18,233 nt of DNA from assembly GCA_051294375.1 (NCBI GenBank), contig JBJCIZ010000341.1, forward strand, positions 1 to 18,233. Reading direction: 5' to 3'. The position numbers and the translations under genes are program-made. The notes below the pieces were generated by a model, which had not been told where the DNA came from, searched no databases, and was given only the letters and a program-made list of their open reading frames with translations. Of the stretch, positions 1 to 11,190 are shown piece by piece. The stretch comes from Paraspadella gotoi (Eukaryota > Animalia > Chaetognatha). Positions within the stretch are counted from its first letter, which is position 1. Each line of letters begins with the position of its first letter.

Positions 1-271
1 AAAAGAGAGAGAGATTTACATCTAACAGTTAAAAACATTTTGTAAAAAATCTTCTTGGCTACAACCGCGTGGTGAATGTCTGGATATGGATCAAAGATAC
101 ATATGTTAACTGCAGAGGCGGGTTTACTTTAAAAAAATATTGTGAGAAGGTGAGAGTAAAAAGTTTTAATTCTATATCAAAAAATGACCTATAAAAGTTT
201 AAAGTTAATTCCTTACGATGAGAAATGAAGAGATTTCTCTTTGTTGATGGTTTTATAAGTAAACATACAAT

Positions 272-2111
272 TAGACTCCCAAAATATCATACCATTTAAT
301 GAAAGTTCCGATACCTGCAAGTTTTCTTGTTGTCAAATTTAAGTGGAGAAAAACGCTAAAAATCAACAATAAAAAAAAAAAATTTTCTGGATGCCATTAT
401 GGATTTCCACGCTAGTTTTTGCGTTGAACCACCTTTCCGGGTGTGTATAAAAAAATTCAGGTGATTTTGGAGAAAAAATGAAGTTGTTTTAATTCGCACC
501 AGCAATACTTAAATATAATCAAAATAAATGTTACCAATAACCTAATATTACATTTTTTTGATTTTGGTTAAGTAAATTAGGTTGATAAAAATATAATTAC
601 AAGGCTTCAAGTTAAAAATTCATAATTTTTTAAAGCCCAAATTGCCCTAAATCAAACTACTCTACTAATTTTAAATAAAATTTAACTAATCTGGTTAAAC
701 AAATAAACTGTTCAAGGGATTTAAATCTTTAATCTGCTTTAAACCAAGAAAATATTCGACCTTAAAAAGTTTAGCCAAGTGAATGCAAAAGATAAATGTA
801 GCGAATAAGATGGAAGGCGAACTTTGGCCTTTGCAGCTAAGCAAGCCTGGCTCAACTCAACCCTAACGCCTAAACCGGGCTAAACAACTCTGTTAATCTT
901 AATCAGTTTCGCTAGCTTGGATATCTAAACCTTAAACCCGAGCCCTAACCTACTTGAACTTCTTGTCTGACCGCGCAGTCTGAATCTTAACACGGCATAG
1001 CAACGCGTTTTCCCTAATCCTTAACCCAAGCTAGTGTACTTCGGTGCTGAAGCCTTAACCCAAAACCAGTCCGATCAAACTTCTTACAGTTTCCTGGCTG
1101 TAACATCTGCAGGAGAGCCACTTTCCTAGCCCTAAACCCTAAACCTAGCTGCCTCCGTGTTTTATTCATCATGCCCAGAACCTAAACCCATGCATCACTT
1201 AAAAGACTATCCACCAACGCGCTCACCTCAGCCTGAAGGTTCATCCGTCTGAGCCTCACTGAGGCTTTCCTGCCTTCTGGCCGATCTATAAGCTAAACTT
1301 AATCTTTAATTTCCGTTCCCCAATAGCTGCTCCCTAACGCTGCATAACCCAAGCTTTTATCCTTTCTGAAGCTCGGTGCCAAATGTGCACTTAATCAATA
1401 GCAAACCTGGCCAAAATGATAATTTTGCCAGATTAGCTTTGTACCTGGGACATTAAGATCAGGGTTGAGCTTTGCAATAGGAATAATAAAGGCTGGGCTT
1501 AAGGTTTACAGGTTGGGGGACGAGGTCCAAGGGTTAAGGTTTGAGGTGGTGAGGCTTGGTTTAGCCACCGAAAGGCCAAAAGCACCTTTTCTCATTAGCT
1601 ATTTCTTTTGCATCATTTGGCAAACTTTTAAAATGCCATCAATATCTTGCTATAAGGATATTTAAATTTTAAAATCCCTTAAGAAGAGTGTCTTCTATAA
1701 CCATCATACTTTCTCACTATTAAAAATCTTATTTAGAATTTGGTCCAGGGACCGATTTGGATTAAAAAACAATACTAATTTGTCTAATTTTAGAGTCTTT
1801 TGTAAATAAATTTCAAATTATTACCAGTATAATTTGATAGCGCAGTATGTATAAGGTTAATATAATAATTATATTTTGATTATTTAAGTATGCTGGCTGA
1901 ATTAACAGCTCTTTTGTCCAAAAAAATTTTTACATTTTTAAAACCGGAAAGTGGTTACGAACGAAAAAGATGGCCGTGGAAAAATCCATCAAGAGCATTC
2001 GGGGAATATTTTTTATGTGATATTCGTTATACCCGCACTTAAATTTGGCACAAGAAACTTTGCAGGTATCAGGAAACTTTCAACAAATGCATGTATTTCT
2101 GGGAGGCTCTA
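272..2111. mobile_element. Non-autonomous foldback DNA transposon with ~600-bp imperfect TIRs (~272-870 / ~1530-2111), TAG...CTA termini
   Basis: CATTTAATGAAAGTTCCGATACCTGCAAGTTTTCTTGTTGTCAAATTT (~293-340) matches the reverse complement of AAATTTGGCACAAGAAACTTTGCAGGTATCAGGAAACTTTCAACAAATG (2041-2089). 771-840 pairs with 1561-1635. Ends are TAGACTCCC / GGGAGGCTCTA. Imperfect TSD: ACATACAAT (263-271) vs ACAAACAT (2112-2119). No transposase ORF. Confidence 0.8.
850..1560. repeat. Degenerate telomere-like (CCCTAA/TAACCC) core of foldback 1
   Basis: Recurrent CCCTAA, CCTAAACC and TTAACCC motifs (e.g. 861, 944, 1012, 1130-1146, 1332); the motif switches to the G-rich strand (GGGTTAAGG) at ~1460-1560. 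Confidence 0.55.
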
Positions 2112-2644
2112 ACAAACATGAGAGTGGGGATGTCAGTCGTTTCGGTCGACGGTGGATCAAGTTTCGCTAGAAATCGATTCTATATAAAATGCCATGGTCA
2201 AGCCTTTAAAAAAATAGTAATAATATGGGTAGATTCTGAAAGTGTAAGGGTCTTGGCGGCATAACCGTATGGTGGAGCGGGCGAGCGGAATTTTCATTTT
2301 TTCATGTATTAAAATGCATTTGAAGTTGACTGGTTTGACCCCTTCAGTAACTTACGTAAACGTAAACCAGCTCGTTTTTCAATAATAAAGAACCAACTTC
2401 ATTTTGACTTTATATTATGAAAAGCCCATGGTTTTCTCTCTCCATTGAGCTAAAAAAAAGTAAAAAATTTCCAAGCTTGATTGCTTGTTTTGGTAATCAA
2501 ATGAACTCCTTTTTTTTGCTCAATTTCCCCAACGTCATGCCCACGAAGAATGTCCATTTTGAATTAGCATGGTTAGAAAGTACAGTGTCTCTACTTTTCA
2601 TTCTTTAGGTGGAGCGCGAGGCTAATATTCTAAAACGTTAAAAT

Positions 2645-3103
2645 AAATCCGAAGAAAACAAAGGGCTTTGTCTTTCGATTAACATTTAATATTGGACCCG
2701 AACCGCAGATAATGACTCTATCGCGAATCAAAATCCGAAAGCCATGGCGCGACGAAGCAACCGCGGTTCAGGAAGAGGATTTTGTGGCTCTGTTATTATG
2801 AAACATCTTTCCCGCTGAACTTTTTTAAATATTATAATTATAAATTATATTATATTATGAAAGTTACAAATATATATTATTATTTTATTAATATATAATA
2901 AAAAATATAAATATTATTATATCTCTAAATCGCGATGTAGATCTTTCTTTGTTAATGAGCTTTCTGGTCGCGAGCCATGGCTTTTGAGTATGTTCTTTTG
3001 TTGTCAAAGAAAAGGACTAAAGAGAGCGACTTCATTCGGACTTTCATCAGGAACTTTCAGCGAAATGGCGCATTGTCATCATTGAATCATGACTGGTAGA
3101 CTA
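2645..3103. repeat. Degenerate inverted-repeat remnant around an AT-rich core
   Basis: AAAGCCATGGCGCGAC (2738-2753) is the reverse complement of GTCGCGAGCCATGGCTTT (2967-2984) apart from a 2-nt indel. ATCAGGAACTTTCAGCGAAATG (~3046-3067) resembles the subterminal motif of foldback 1 (2068-2089). Confidence 0.35.
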
Positions 3104-3113
3104 TTTATTTTAT

Positions 3114-3265
3114 TTTTTATCGAGCCATGACCGGCGAAGCCGGTCAGGCTCTATAATGTTTTAAAGTTTGGCTTCTTTGTGACGTAGTCGTCGTCGTCGG
3201 CGTGTCGTTCGCCGTCGCTGTTCGTCGTCGTCTGTGTGCCCGCTCGTCTCGTGTCGGCGTCATCT
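3114..3265 (+). mobile_element. 5' end of a Helentron-associated (HINE/DINE-like) non-autonomous element
   Basis: T-run, then hairpin GAGCC-A-TGACCGGC-GAA-GCCGGTCA-GGCTC (3122-3151), then a degenerate (GTC)n microsatellite (3181-3260); this is the usual HINE 5' layout. The 3' end was not identified. Confidence 0.55.
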
Positions 3266-3454
3266 TGTTTTTAATAAAAAGCTACTACGCTTTTATAGGT
3301 TTGGCTGTGAACTTTACCGCTTTTTTTGTAAATAAAATTATTATGAATTGATGGATGATAAGGTTTTACAAAAGTGTGCGATCATTGTAAGTTAAATTTT
3401 AGATTTATGGCTTTTCATCTTGAAATAGCTTGATGATATTTTCAATTACATTTG

Positions 3455-3560
3455 GATTTAAGTAGTATTTTTTGTTTGAATTTCCACTTCATTTATGATT
3501 TACTGCAATGATGCAAATGAGATTTAAAGTACTGCAATTATAACATCCAAATTAGTATAT
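3455..3560 (+). repeat. Dispersed direct repeat, copy 1 (copy 2 at ~5095-5210)
   Basis: TTTTTTGTTTGAATTTCCAC..TTCAT.TAT.A.TTTACTGCAA...AAGTACT..CAAT is shared between the two positions. Confidence 0.7.
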
Positions 3561-3869
3561 AGAAATGCTTTAATCTAATCTATACCATATTGCAGTATTA
3601 TAATATTGAAGATGTAAATTCAAAAATTTTTTTTTAAAAAGATAATAAAAAAATTGGGAACTTCAAATATCTTTTAATGAAAGCTTCAATCTTAATTTTA
3701 ATACAAATAAAAATAAAAATCTTTTACAAGCTGCGATATGAAAATTGGAAAAATTTCGCAATATTGTAAACCAATTGTAACATTATTTTGCCTTTCTTTT
3801 TATTTCTTTAAATTACATATATATATATTTAATGTTTTTTTAGGAAGAAAACGTTTCTTGTATGCTTGT

Positions 3870-4330
3870 ATTTGTTCTTGTATTTTATAGTTTTCTTATG
3901 AATTAGTTCATAATATTTATTGAAATTGAGTCCATTTAACGTTTGTGTCTTTTGTTTCTTGATTTTTTTTGGTTTAAAATTTGAATTTGAACGTTCCTTG
4001 AACGTTATATATTTATAGTTTCTTATGAATTAGTAACATTAAATGTGTTGATTTATGAGTCCACTTAAACGTTAAATTTAAAGTGCTTAAAGTTTAACAG
4101 TTATAACGATAAATTTTAAAAGACCCGAGTAGGTGTCTATTTAAACGTTTGTCTGGTCTTTTGTTTCTTGTTTGCTTCCTTTTTATACTTGAATGTTTTT
4201 GGTTGTTAAAAAATTTGAATTTTTGAACGTTTTTGAACGTTATAATTTTATAGTTCTTATGTAACATTAGTCCATAACATTTTATTGATGAGTCTCAATC
4301 TTTAAGGCGTTAGTGTTGTTTGTTTCTGTT
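3870..4330 (+). repeat. Degenerate tandem repeat, ~120-130-bp unit, ~3.5 copies
   Basis: TTTATAGTT(T)TCTTATG recurs at ~3884, ~4012 and ~4247; TTTGAA..TTGAACGTT..TTGAACGTTATA at ~3980 and ~4214; AACGTTTGT..TCTTTTGTTTCTTG at ~3938 and ~4144. Confidence 0.7.
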
Positions 4331-4426
4331 GAATATTTATATTTAGTTATTTTACACTGATACTGTATTTTTGATTTTCGTCCCAATACTTGTTCTTTAG
4401 GTATTAATAAAAAAAACAAAAAAAAA

Positions 4427-4730
4427 AAACGAGTTCAGGTCTCTCAGCAATGACTGTACGCGGCTTCCAGTCAGCTGTCCAGCTTATGTTCTCTCTGTCT
4501 ATATGCTGTCTCTCCCTGTGATTCTCTCTGTCCTTCTCTCTCTTCTCTCTCTCTTCTGTCTATCGTGTGTACGATTTTTTGCGTGGATCGTTCTGATTTT
4601 TTTATTAGAAAACCTTCTTGATTATTTTTTTCCTTCTAAAAACTGTTTTATTATCACCATTATCCCAAATTTACATCCGAGAATTTTCGTGATTTATTTT
4701 AGAAAAAGTGAAGAATAACTCAGTACGTCA
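4427..4730 (+). repeat. (CT)n-containing repeat module, copy 1 (HINE-like)
   Basis: AAACGAGTT head, (CT)n tract, then core GCGTGGATCGTTC...CCTTCTAAAAAC...CATCCGAGAATTTTCGTGAT, shared with the copies at 5237 and 5915. Confidence 0.7.
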
Positions 4731-5094
4731 GGGAAATTTACGCCTTCTCCCATTTCTCTCCCATCTCTAACATGATTTGTTATTAAAGAAAAAAATATAT
4801 ATCAATGAAGCAAATGCAATATTTATTAGCAGAGATTACCATTGCAGAGGAAAATCTTTCCTCATACTCTGTGCCAATGGTCTGCTTGATATGGCGAAAA
4901 AATCTTTAAATTTTTTCACATATTTGAATATGCCGGATTGTATGCTATATGCCGATCATTTTTGTTACTGCCTTAATTTTGTGCCGGTTATGGTTTAACT
5001 ACACAAACTAATGTATCTAGTTATCAAGTTCCATTAGTGGATGGCAGTGCATGAATTTTGAAATGTGGTGTCCCATTTTCGTTTGTTTCATATC

Positions 5095-5210
5095 GATTCA
5101 AGTAATTTTTTGTTTGAATTTCCACCTTCATCTATAAATTTACTGCAAATATGCTAATTAGGATTAGAAGTACTTACTGCAATATATCAAAGTTAGTACC
5201 TATATAGTAA
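5095..5210 (+). repeat. Dispersed direct repeat, copy 2 (of 3455-3560)
   Basis: Shares TTTTTTGTTTGAATTTCCAC and TTTACTGCAA blocks with 3455-3560. Confidence 0.7.
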
Positions 5211-5236
5211 ACTATATTTTAACTTTGGCGACGACC

Positions 5237-5300
5237 GTTAAACGAGTTTCCGCCTATGGCAGCCGTCCGTTCAGCTCTTCTTTCTCTCTCTCTCTCGTCT

Positions 5301-5337
<37 letters not shown>

Positions 5338-5535
5338 TCCGTCTCTTTCTCTCTCTCGATCTCTTGCGTGGATCGTTCGTTTTGTGAAAAATTCTGATTA
5401 TTTTTTTCTCCTTCTAAAAACTTTTATTATCGCCTCATTATTCCGCGCTCTTTTTCAATACAATTAATCCCCAAATTTTATATCTTGAGATTTCGTGGAT
5501 TTTATTTGGAAAGATGGAAGAATTAGGACCGACGT
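5237..5535 (+). repeat. (CT)n-containing repeat module, copy 2
   Basis: GTTAAACGAGTT, (CT)n at 5276-5357, GCGTGGATCGTTC, CCTTCTAAAAAC, CATTATTCCGCGC, GAGATTTCGTGGAT. Confidence 0.75.
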
Positions 5536-5914
5536 GTGTTGCGATATGATTGTCTATAACTAGGGCATCCAACCTTGACCGCAGAGACTCAGCCCGCCGA
5601 CTCGTTGCGAGGCGAACGGATAACGACTATAATTGGAAAGGAAAATGTTACGGTTTTCCTTCTTTTTATTTTTCTGCTCATCTCCATGTCTCTCTCTGAT
5701 TTATTTGTTTTCTTCTAAAATGTCTAATCACCCCATTATCGCACTTTTTTGCTCTGTTAAGCCTGATTTCTGTATGAAACGCGTATTTTCTAGGCTAACG
5801 TATCTGGATGGCCGTTCGCAAGAACGTAAATCGGAACATGACCTGTCCACAAACGCCATTAGCGCGAGATTATTCCATTATTATATTTGGTAAGTCAAAG
5901 TAATTTCATAGTCG

Positions 5915-6215
5915 TTAAACTGAGTTCATTTTCAACCTATAATTGTTAATCAGGGTTATAATCTTTCAATGTACAAATAATTCTATATGGCTTTTCTTTT
6001 TCTCTCCCTCTCTCTCTCTTTCTCTCTCTCTCTCTTTCCTCTCCCCCTCTCTCTCTCTCTGCTCTCTCCTCTCACTCTCTCTCCTCTCTTTTTTTTTTTC
6101 CTTGCTCAAAAACTTTGTATCTGATCGCCATTATTCCGCGCTTTTTTCTCAATACAAAATCCCAATCATTCATCCGAGATTTTCGTGGATGATTTTTCCT
6201 GAAAAATTTACTGCA
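5915..6215 (+). repeat. (CT)n-containing repeat module, copy 3 (a partial fourth copy lies at ~5630-5770)
   Basis: TTAAACTGAGTT, (CT)n at ~5996-6089, CATTATTCCGCGCTTTTTTCTCAATACAA, CATCCGAGATTTTCGTGGAT. Confidence 0.7.
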
Positions 6216-6330
6216 TATTTCCTTTATATATAAACGAGAGAGACCAATATGCGTTACGGTTGGCGCGGCACTGTCCGCGTCCTCTCTCTCTTTCATCTCA
6301 TACACGCATTTGTTTGTTTTACTTTACGAT

Positions 6331-6530
6331 TGAATGATTTCATTCGTCTGTCAGTGGAATTTACTATCATCGCCCATCAATGAATGACTATCACTCGTAG
6401 TCAATGTAATGATTATCAGTCATATCAATGAATGACTATATCATTCGCAAAAAAATGCATTTGATTTTATCACATCAGTTCATTTTGTTATCATACGCAA
6501 TCAATTATTGGGTTATCATCGCATCAATAA
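6331..6530 (+). repeat. Minisatellite, ~24-bp degenerate unit (TGAATGACTATCATTCG...TCAA), ~7-8 copies
   Basis: TGAATGAT/TGAATGAC recurs at ~6332, 6381 and 6429, with interleaved TATCA..CG..TCAA variants. Confidence 0.7.
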
Positions 6531-6988
6531 TTTTGGTTACAATCGGAAAGCGGCTCGATCCCTATTGCTTTTAAGATTTTTTTAAGTATTTTAAGTATTT
6601 TCTCAGAACTCGACGCGCTATTACAATTGTTAAACTTTTTAAAAAATACCATTTTCGTCGTAAACGCTTTTGTAGAAAAATGGCACTCAATTTGCATTAT
6701 TTGTGACCCGTGTAATTGGAAAGTGAAACCAATAACTTGCTTGCTCCTTTTTCTCCCGTTCAAGGGATTCATGATTCGCCGTTTGAACCAAACTCTTTGG
6801 ACTAATAATCGTTAATACGTCTCCGTCGTCTCCCGTATTTCTCTTAAAGATTTTTAAAATATGAATAAATATTTGAATAATACTTTGTCTTAGCTTTTAG
6901 CCGATATATTAATCTTTTTAAAATTTTTTGATATAATGCTTTTTTCGATTTCGGTTTTGGTTTTCTCCGTGCGGTTTGGTAGAAAAAT

Positions 6989-7143
6989 GGGTAAAATTTT
7001 AATTTCGCCGACTAGGGTTTTGGCTTCTTTTGAAAAACTACTTAACAATATTACCTAATTACCCTAACCCTAAACCCTCTTAACCTTAATTACCCTTAAC
7101 CCTAAACCCCCCTAACCGCGGTCGACGAAAGTAAAATTAACCC
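6989..7143. mobile_element. 155-bp MITE with ~24-bp TIRs and a TAACCC-repeat core
   Basis: GGGTAAAATTTTAATTTCGCCGAC (6989-7012) vs GTCGACGAAAGTAAAATTAACCC (7121-7143). Core CCCTAACCCTAAACCC at 7051-7117. Flanks AGAAAAAT / AAAAAAT form an imperfect TSD. Confidence 0.7.
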
Positions 7144-7223
7144 AAAAAATGTTTGAATACTTGTTTAAATCTTATTCTAAGACATTGTGGCAGCAAGACT
7201 TAAAGCTGCCTCACTGCTGTCCG

Positions 7224-7450
7224 TCCTCAGCCTCGTCTCAATGGCTGAGCAGGCGAAATCATCTCATTCCATCCGTGCGTCCCGGGTTCAATCCCTGGGT
7301 ATCCCGGTTCTGGCTTAAATGTGACGGTGCCAGTATAAACATGCCAGTGACAGGAGGCGGTCACTGAGGGTCCGCAGCCCCTACGCCAGTTGGTGAGATA
7401 CCCCGCGCTCCGGGTATCACAGGCTATCCTCCCGTTGCCATAACATAACA
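7224..7450 (+). mobile_element. tRNA-derived SINE-like element
   Basis: GC-rich island with an A-box-like TCGTCTCAATGG (7233-7244), a B-box/T-arm CCGGGTTCAATCCCTGG (7282-7298) and a short repeat tail CATAACATAACA (7439-7450). Confidence 0.55.
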
Positions 7451-7759
7451 GTTAAAAATATTTTTTAAGGACTTATTTGTAGTATAATAATGCTTCTGGC
7501 TTGGTATACATTGCATTTTGATTTAAAAAAATTTTAAGTAAGCAGAAAAGGTTCGGGTTATGGTTTGATTTTAATTAAAACTTATTTTTATAAAAAAAAT
7601 TATCAACAATATTGTCAGATAATTAATTTAATCATGTATGTCAAAACTGTAAGAAATAAAGTATTGGACAATTTAAGCTTAAAATCTTCCTAAATTTTTA
7701 TCTTATGAAGAGACAGTGATTATTGTTATGTATTAATGACAGAACCGTTCAATATAAGC

Positions 7760-7906
7760 AGTCCCTGAGCTTCAGATCAGGCTGTAACACCGTGTTACAG
7801 GCGGGTTAAGCGCCCCGTCCCTCTTAACTGGTAGGCGACCACCGGGCAAGAACCCCGGACCTTTGGGTTGGGAGGCAAATGACTTGCCTCCGGCACCAAT
7901 GGCAGC
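7760..7906 (-). mobile_element. tRNA-Gly(CCC)-like pseudogene or SINE head (7835-7906) with a 3' extension
   Basis: Minus strand: acceptor GCTGCCA/TGGTCGC (6/7 pairs), loop CTCCCAA (CCC anticodon), T-arm CCGGG-GTTCTTG-CCCGG, 72 nt in total. The D and anticodon stems are defective, so it is not called a functional tRNA. Confidence 0.6.
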
Positions 7907-8040
7907 TGATGAACGGTTGGTGGATTTTAGTCCACCATAACTTATATTTACCCATAATTCTACTATTTATTCAGAATTGCATAGATGAATTGAGATAACA
8001 TTTTGTATGTCGGTAGAAAAGCATGTGATTAATAGGGTGG

Positions 8041-8589
8041 TGATGAGAGATGCCCCCCCTTTCTCCTTTTATTCATTGTTTTCCCTATTTTCTTTGTACT
8101 ATGATTTCCCTTGATTTTAGTGTGCTTTCATACCTTTCGTATATGCTTTTTACTTTGTTTACCAGACCCGTCTCTAAATGGCTTTTTACGGGCTATGAGC
8201 CCCGGCCATTCACGTAATTCACCTTGTCACCAACTTTCTTAGATACCACGAGCTTAGGGCCATGAGCCCACAAGACGGACACGCCACAGGTCCTATAGAC
8301 TTATGGGCAGAGAGGACACGGAGAGGCCACAAGACTTCAGCCTAGACACACATTAGACTCGTGACTCTAGCAAGACGGCATAACAGGGTCTTGACACCCT
8401 CAACTTCGACGCTTCGGACTTCACAACCATCATTACGGGGTCGCGGAGACCGCGGCGTTCACGGACTTAACCGCGCACACTTCCGGCGGAGGCGAGGGGA
8501 GAAGGCTCAAGGCCTACCCAGCACCGGCCTGATGGGTCGTCGGCAAAGGAGACGTCTCAGGGATCAGGTTTGATACCTATTCCGCGACA
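8041..8589 (-). mobile_element. Solo LTR (549 bp) of an LTR retrotransposon
   Basis: TG...CA termini (TGATGAGA...TCCGCGACA) flanked by an exact 5-bp TSD GGTGG (8036-8040, 8590-8594). AATAAA lies on the minus strand near its 3' end (~8068-8073). GC-rich relative to the flanks. Confidence 0.8.
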
Positions 8590-8688
8590 GGTGGAGTGAT
8601 GAAAAGATTGAACCATGGAACAATGTTTTTTGCTGCTTTGTACATGTAATATAAAATAATTAAGCCCTTTTTAAAAAAAAATTTGCAT

Positions 8689-9100
8689 AACAGTATCATT
8701 AATTGAATTTTTTTATAGTAATATCCTTATAAAATCATAAAATTTTAAAATCATATTTTTTTAATTTTAAGAACAGTTTCGGATTTGCCGGAAAAAAATG
8801 AAAAACTATTGTAAAATAAAATGTTTCATGATATTTTTTGGTAAGAGCTGCGAAAAATGACCAAAACGTTTCATCATATAATAGTTTCTATTACAAAGCA
8901 TAAAAAAGTGGAGAATTTGACCATTTTTTTCCATTTTTGACGCTGAAGACATTAAAATCTCTAATAACATATTTTTTATTTTTTATCTAACTTTTTATGA
9001 AGAATCAGAATCTTTAATAAAAATTTTAAAAAAATTATTTTGAAAATTAATGATTTTATAAGGATATTACTATAAATATATCGTAATTAATGATACTGTT
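8689..9100. mobile_element. AT-rich inverted-repeat element (MITE-like), ~80-100-bp arms
   Basis: AACAGTATCATTAATT...TTTATAGTAATATCCTTATAAAATCAT (8689-8738) is near-perfectly inverted at ATGATTTTATAAGGATATTACTATAAA...AATTAATGATACTGTT (9050-9100). No TSD found. Confidence 0.7.
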
Positions 9101-10179
9101 CCCCAAACAATATAAGCAAAATATATTTTGTACTCCTTTATCATACTATCTCATGGCAAAATATCCTTGTTTGTTCACTCAAATAAAATTTATGATCCCC
9201 ATTAAAAGGGTTTTAATGGAAAAAAACAAAAGTTATATTTACTTGAATTTTATTAATTTATTTCTTAATTAAATTATAATTAATTAAAAATTAAATTCTA
9301 AATTATATTATTTGTTTCTTTGTTGCATATAAAATTATTAATTAGTTAATTGTTAAGTTATATTTATATCGATTTATATATTTTTTTATTAATTTATTTT
9401 GAAATCTGTTATGATTTATAATCTAATGATCTGTTATAAAAATATTGTGAAAAAAGTATACAATAGAAACATTTGAATCCGACAATGTTTTAAATAAACA
9501 ACCAGTCTGGGTGTCATTCTGTTCGTTTTTCCAAGCTCTTTTTAACTGAAAAAGTTTTATTTAAAAAAAAAACTTTTTCGCCCGAGCCAGGGGTGTTAAA
9601 CTTTAACTTAAAGAGCCAAAATATGAAATTTCACCTTTTTTTTTAGTATTTTTTAGTATTTTTTAGCTTTTTTCAGTAAATTTTTTAATATAATTATCAT
9701 TAATCCAGTTAATTACTAATGATACTGCTTTTAATTTATCATATTTAACTATTTTTAAAACATTCATTCACAAAAAATATTAGTTTAGGGCTTAAGCCAG
9801 GGGTATTAAAGAGCTAAAATTTCCAAATTGTCTTTTTTAGTATTTTCAAATTATAATTTAATATTTTTTTAAGGATTACATATTTTAATCATGATCATAA
9901 AAATATTTGATAATTTTAAATGGTTTTCAGTTAATTAACATAGTTAATTGATTTTTTTATAATTAAAAGCATTAAAAACTATTGTGACCTATTTCTAAAA
10001 GTTTTTTTTTAAGATTCATCTTTAAAATCATAAAATTTTTTAATCATATAATGAAATTGTTACAACAAAGATATAATTATTCAAATGATATCCACTATCC
10101 AGATTTATGCGATATCGCATAGAAAATAATAATTTTGTTAATGAACTGAAACTAATGTTCTAGTTATAGCAATTTTACC

Positions 10180-10400
10180 AAATTAGGTTAAGGGTTAGTG
10201 TTTAGTTTTAACATTTGAGGGGTAATTGTAATTCAGGTTGAATAAGTAAAAGTTAGCATTACGATCAACAAGGTTGTTGTAGTTATACCCAACTGGAAAG
10301 TTACAGATGGGAAAAGTTTTATGGGCGATGATAGGTTCAAGGTTCATGCTTGGCCTTGGACGCGAAGCGGAGGTTAGGGCTAGGGGAGTGTTGGTAACGT
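10180..10400 (+). repeat. Degenerate TTAGGG-like tract in the core of foldback 2
   Basis: TTAGGTTAAGGGTTAG (10183-10198), GGTTCAAGGTTCA and GGTTAGGGCTAGGGG (10372-10386). Confidence 0.35.
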
Positions 10401-10910
10401 GGTCTGTGGCCCTCAAAAGATGACGGATAGAGAGCTGAACTATGCATAGTCTGTCTAATTAGTTTTTGAAGTTACCTGAAATAATTGTAGATTGCCAAAG
10501 TTGTATTAGAAAATTAAACAGTGATAAAATATTGCGTCTTAATCCCTTGGGATCTAAAAATGGAATGTACTAAAATCTCGGCCTCCTCTCGTCTCTCTTC
10601 CTTTGTTTATTCTACTTAGACAAAATGTTTACAAAAATAGGCGCTGAGTTCCTGGGAATCTATGAAATATTAAACTTTGGAACTGAGAAAATTTAGAGAG
10701 ACAAAATTTGAACGAAAGTTAATTACTAAATTGGAGGCTAATTAAAATATTACTAACAGGAGGGACTTCAGGTGGATGCTAGGATAGAATGATTTATATT
10801 TTAATTAAAAATTTTTTGTAATTTTTTCTCTCTTTTCGTTGTTCAATAAGATTAGCAGATTCGAAACGAAAAGGTTTTTAGTATTATTTACAACAATTTT
10901 ATTACAATGT

Positions 10911-10954
10911 ATTGGACATGTTTCGACTCTTGTTTTCGAGTCTTCATCAGCATT
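10911..10954 (-). ncRNA. Minimal type I hammerhead ribozyme (Penelope-type)
   Basis: Minus strand reads AAUG-CUGAUGA-A-GACUC-GAAAACAA-GAGUC-GAAA-CAUGUC-CAAU: intact CUGAUGA and GAAA cores, 5-bp stem II, palindromic minimal stem III ACAUGU and a GUC cleavage triplet. Stem I is weak. Confidence 0.8.
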
Positions 10955-11190
10955 TGACAGTAGTATTTTTTACAATCATAAAGTTGGGGATAGAGAGAGA
11001 GTGAGAGAAAGAGAGAGAGATTCCAACAAAGAATTGAGAAAGGACAGTGGTCAGATTTCAGGACAGGTGAAGGCAAGGACAGGAGAAAGGGGAAATAAGT
11101 TGATTTTGAAATGGTGAAAAAGAGAGAGAGAGAAACATTACGTTTCAAAAATGTAATGTTTCTTTTACACAAATTTGTAAATGCATCACT

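Noticed and set aside
3020-3050. Minus-strand CTGATGA (3044-3050) as a hammerhead core
   Set aside because: No stem II/GAAA; the segment instead resembles a foldback subterminal motif.
4503-6305. Leu/Ser-rich ORFs (4503, 5225, 5633, 5943, 6072)
   Set aside because: Translations of (CT)n tracts and repeat cores; no protein-like features.
6331-6530. CRISPR-like periodicity
   Set aside because: Units are contiguous and degenerate, with no unique spacers and no cas genes; this is a minisatellite.
7835-7906. Functional tRNA-Gly gene
   Set aside because: The anticodon and D stems do not pair properly and the T-loop lacks TTCGA/TTCAA; treated as a pseudogene or SINE head.
7906-7940. CTGATGA as a hammerhead core
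   Set aside because: No stem II followed by GAAA.
8361-8573. 70-aa Arg-rich ORF
   Set aside because: Lies within the GC-rich solo LTR, has a GTG start and shows no recognisable domain.
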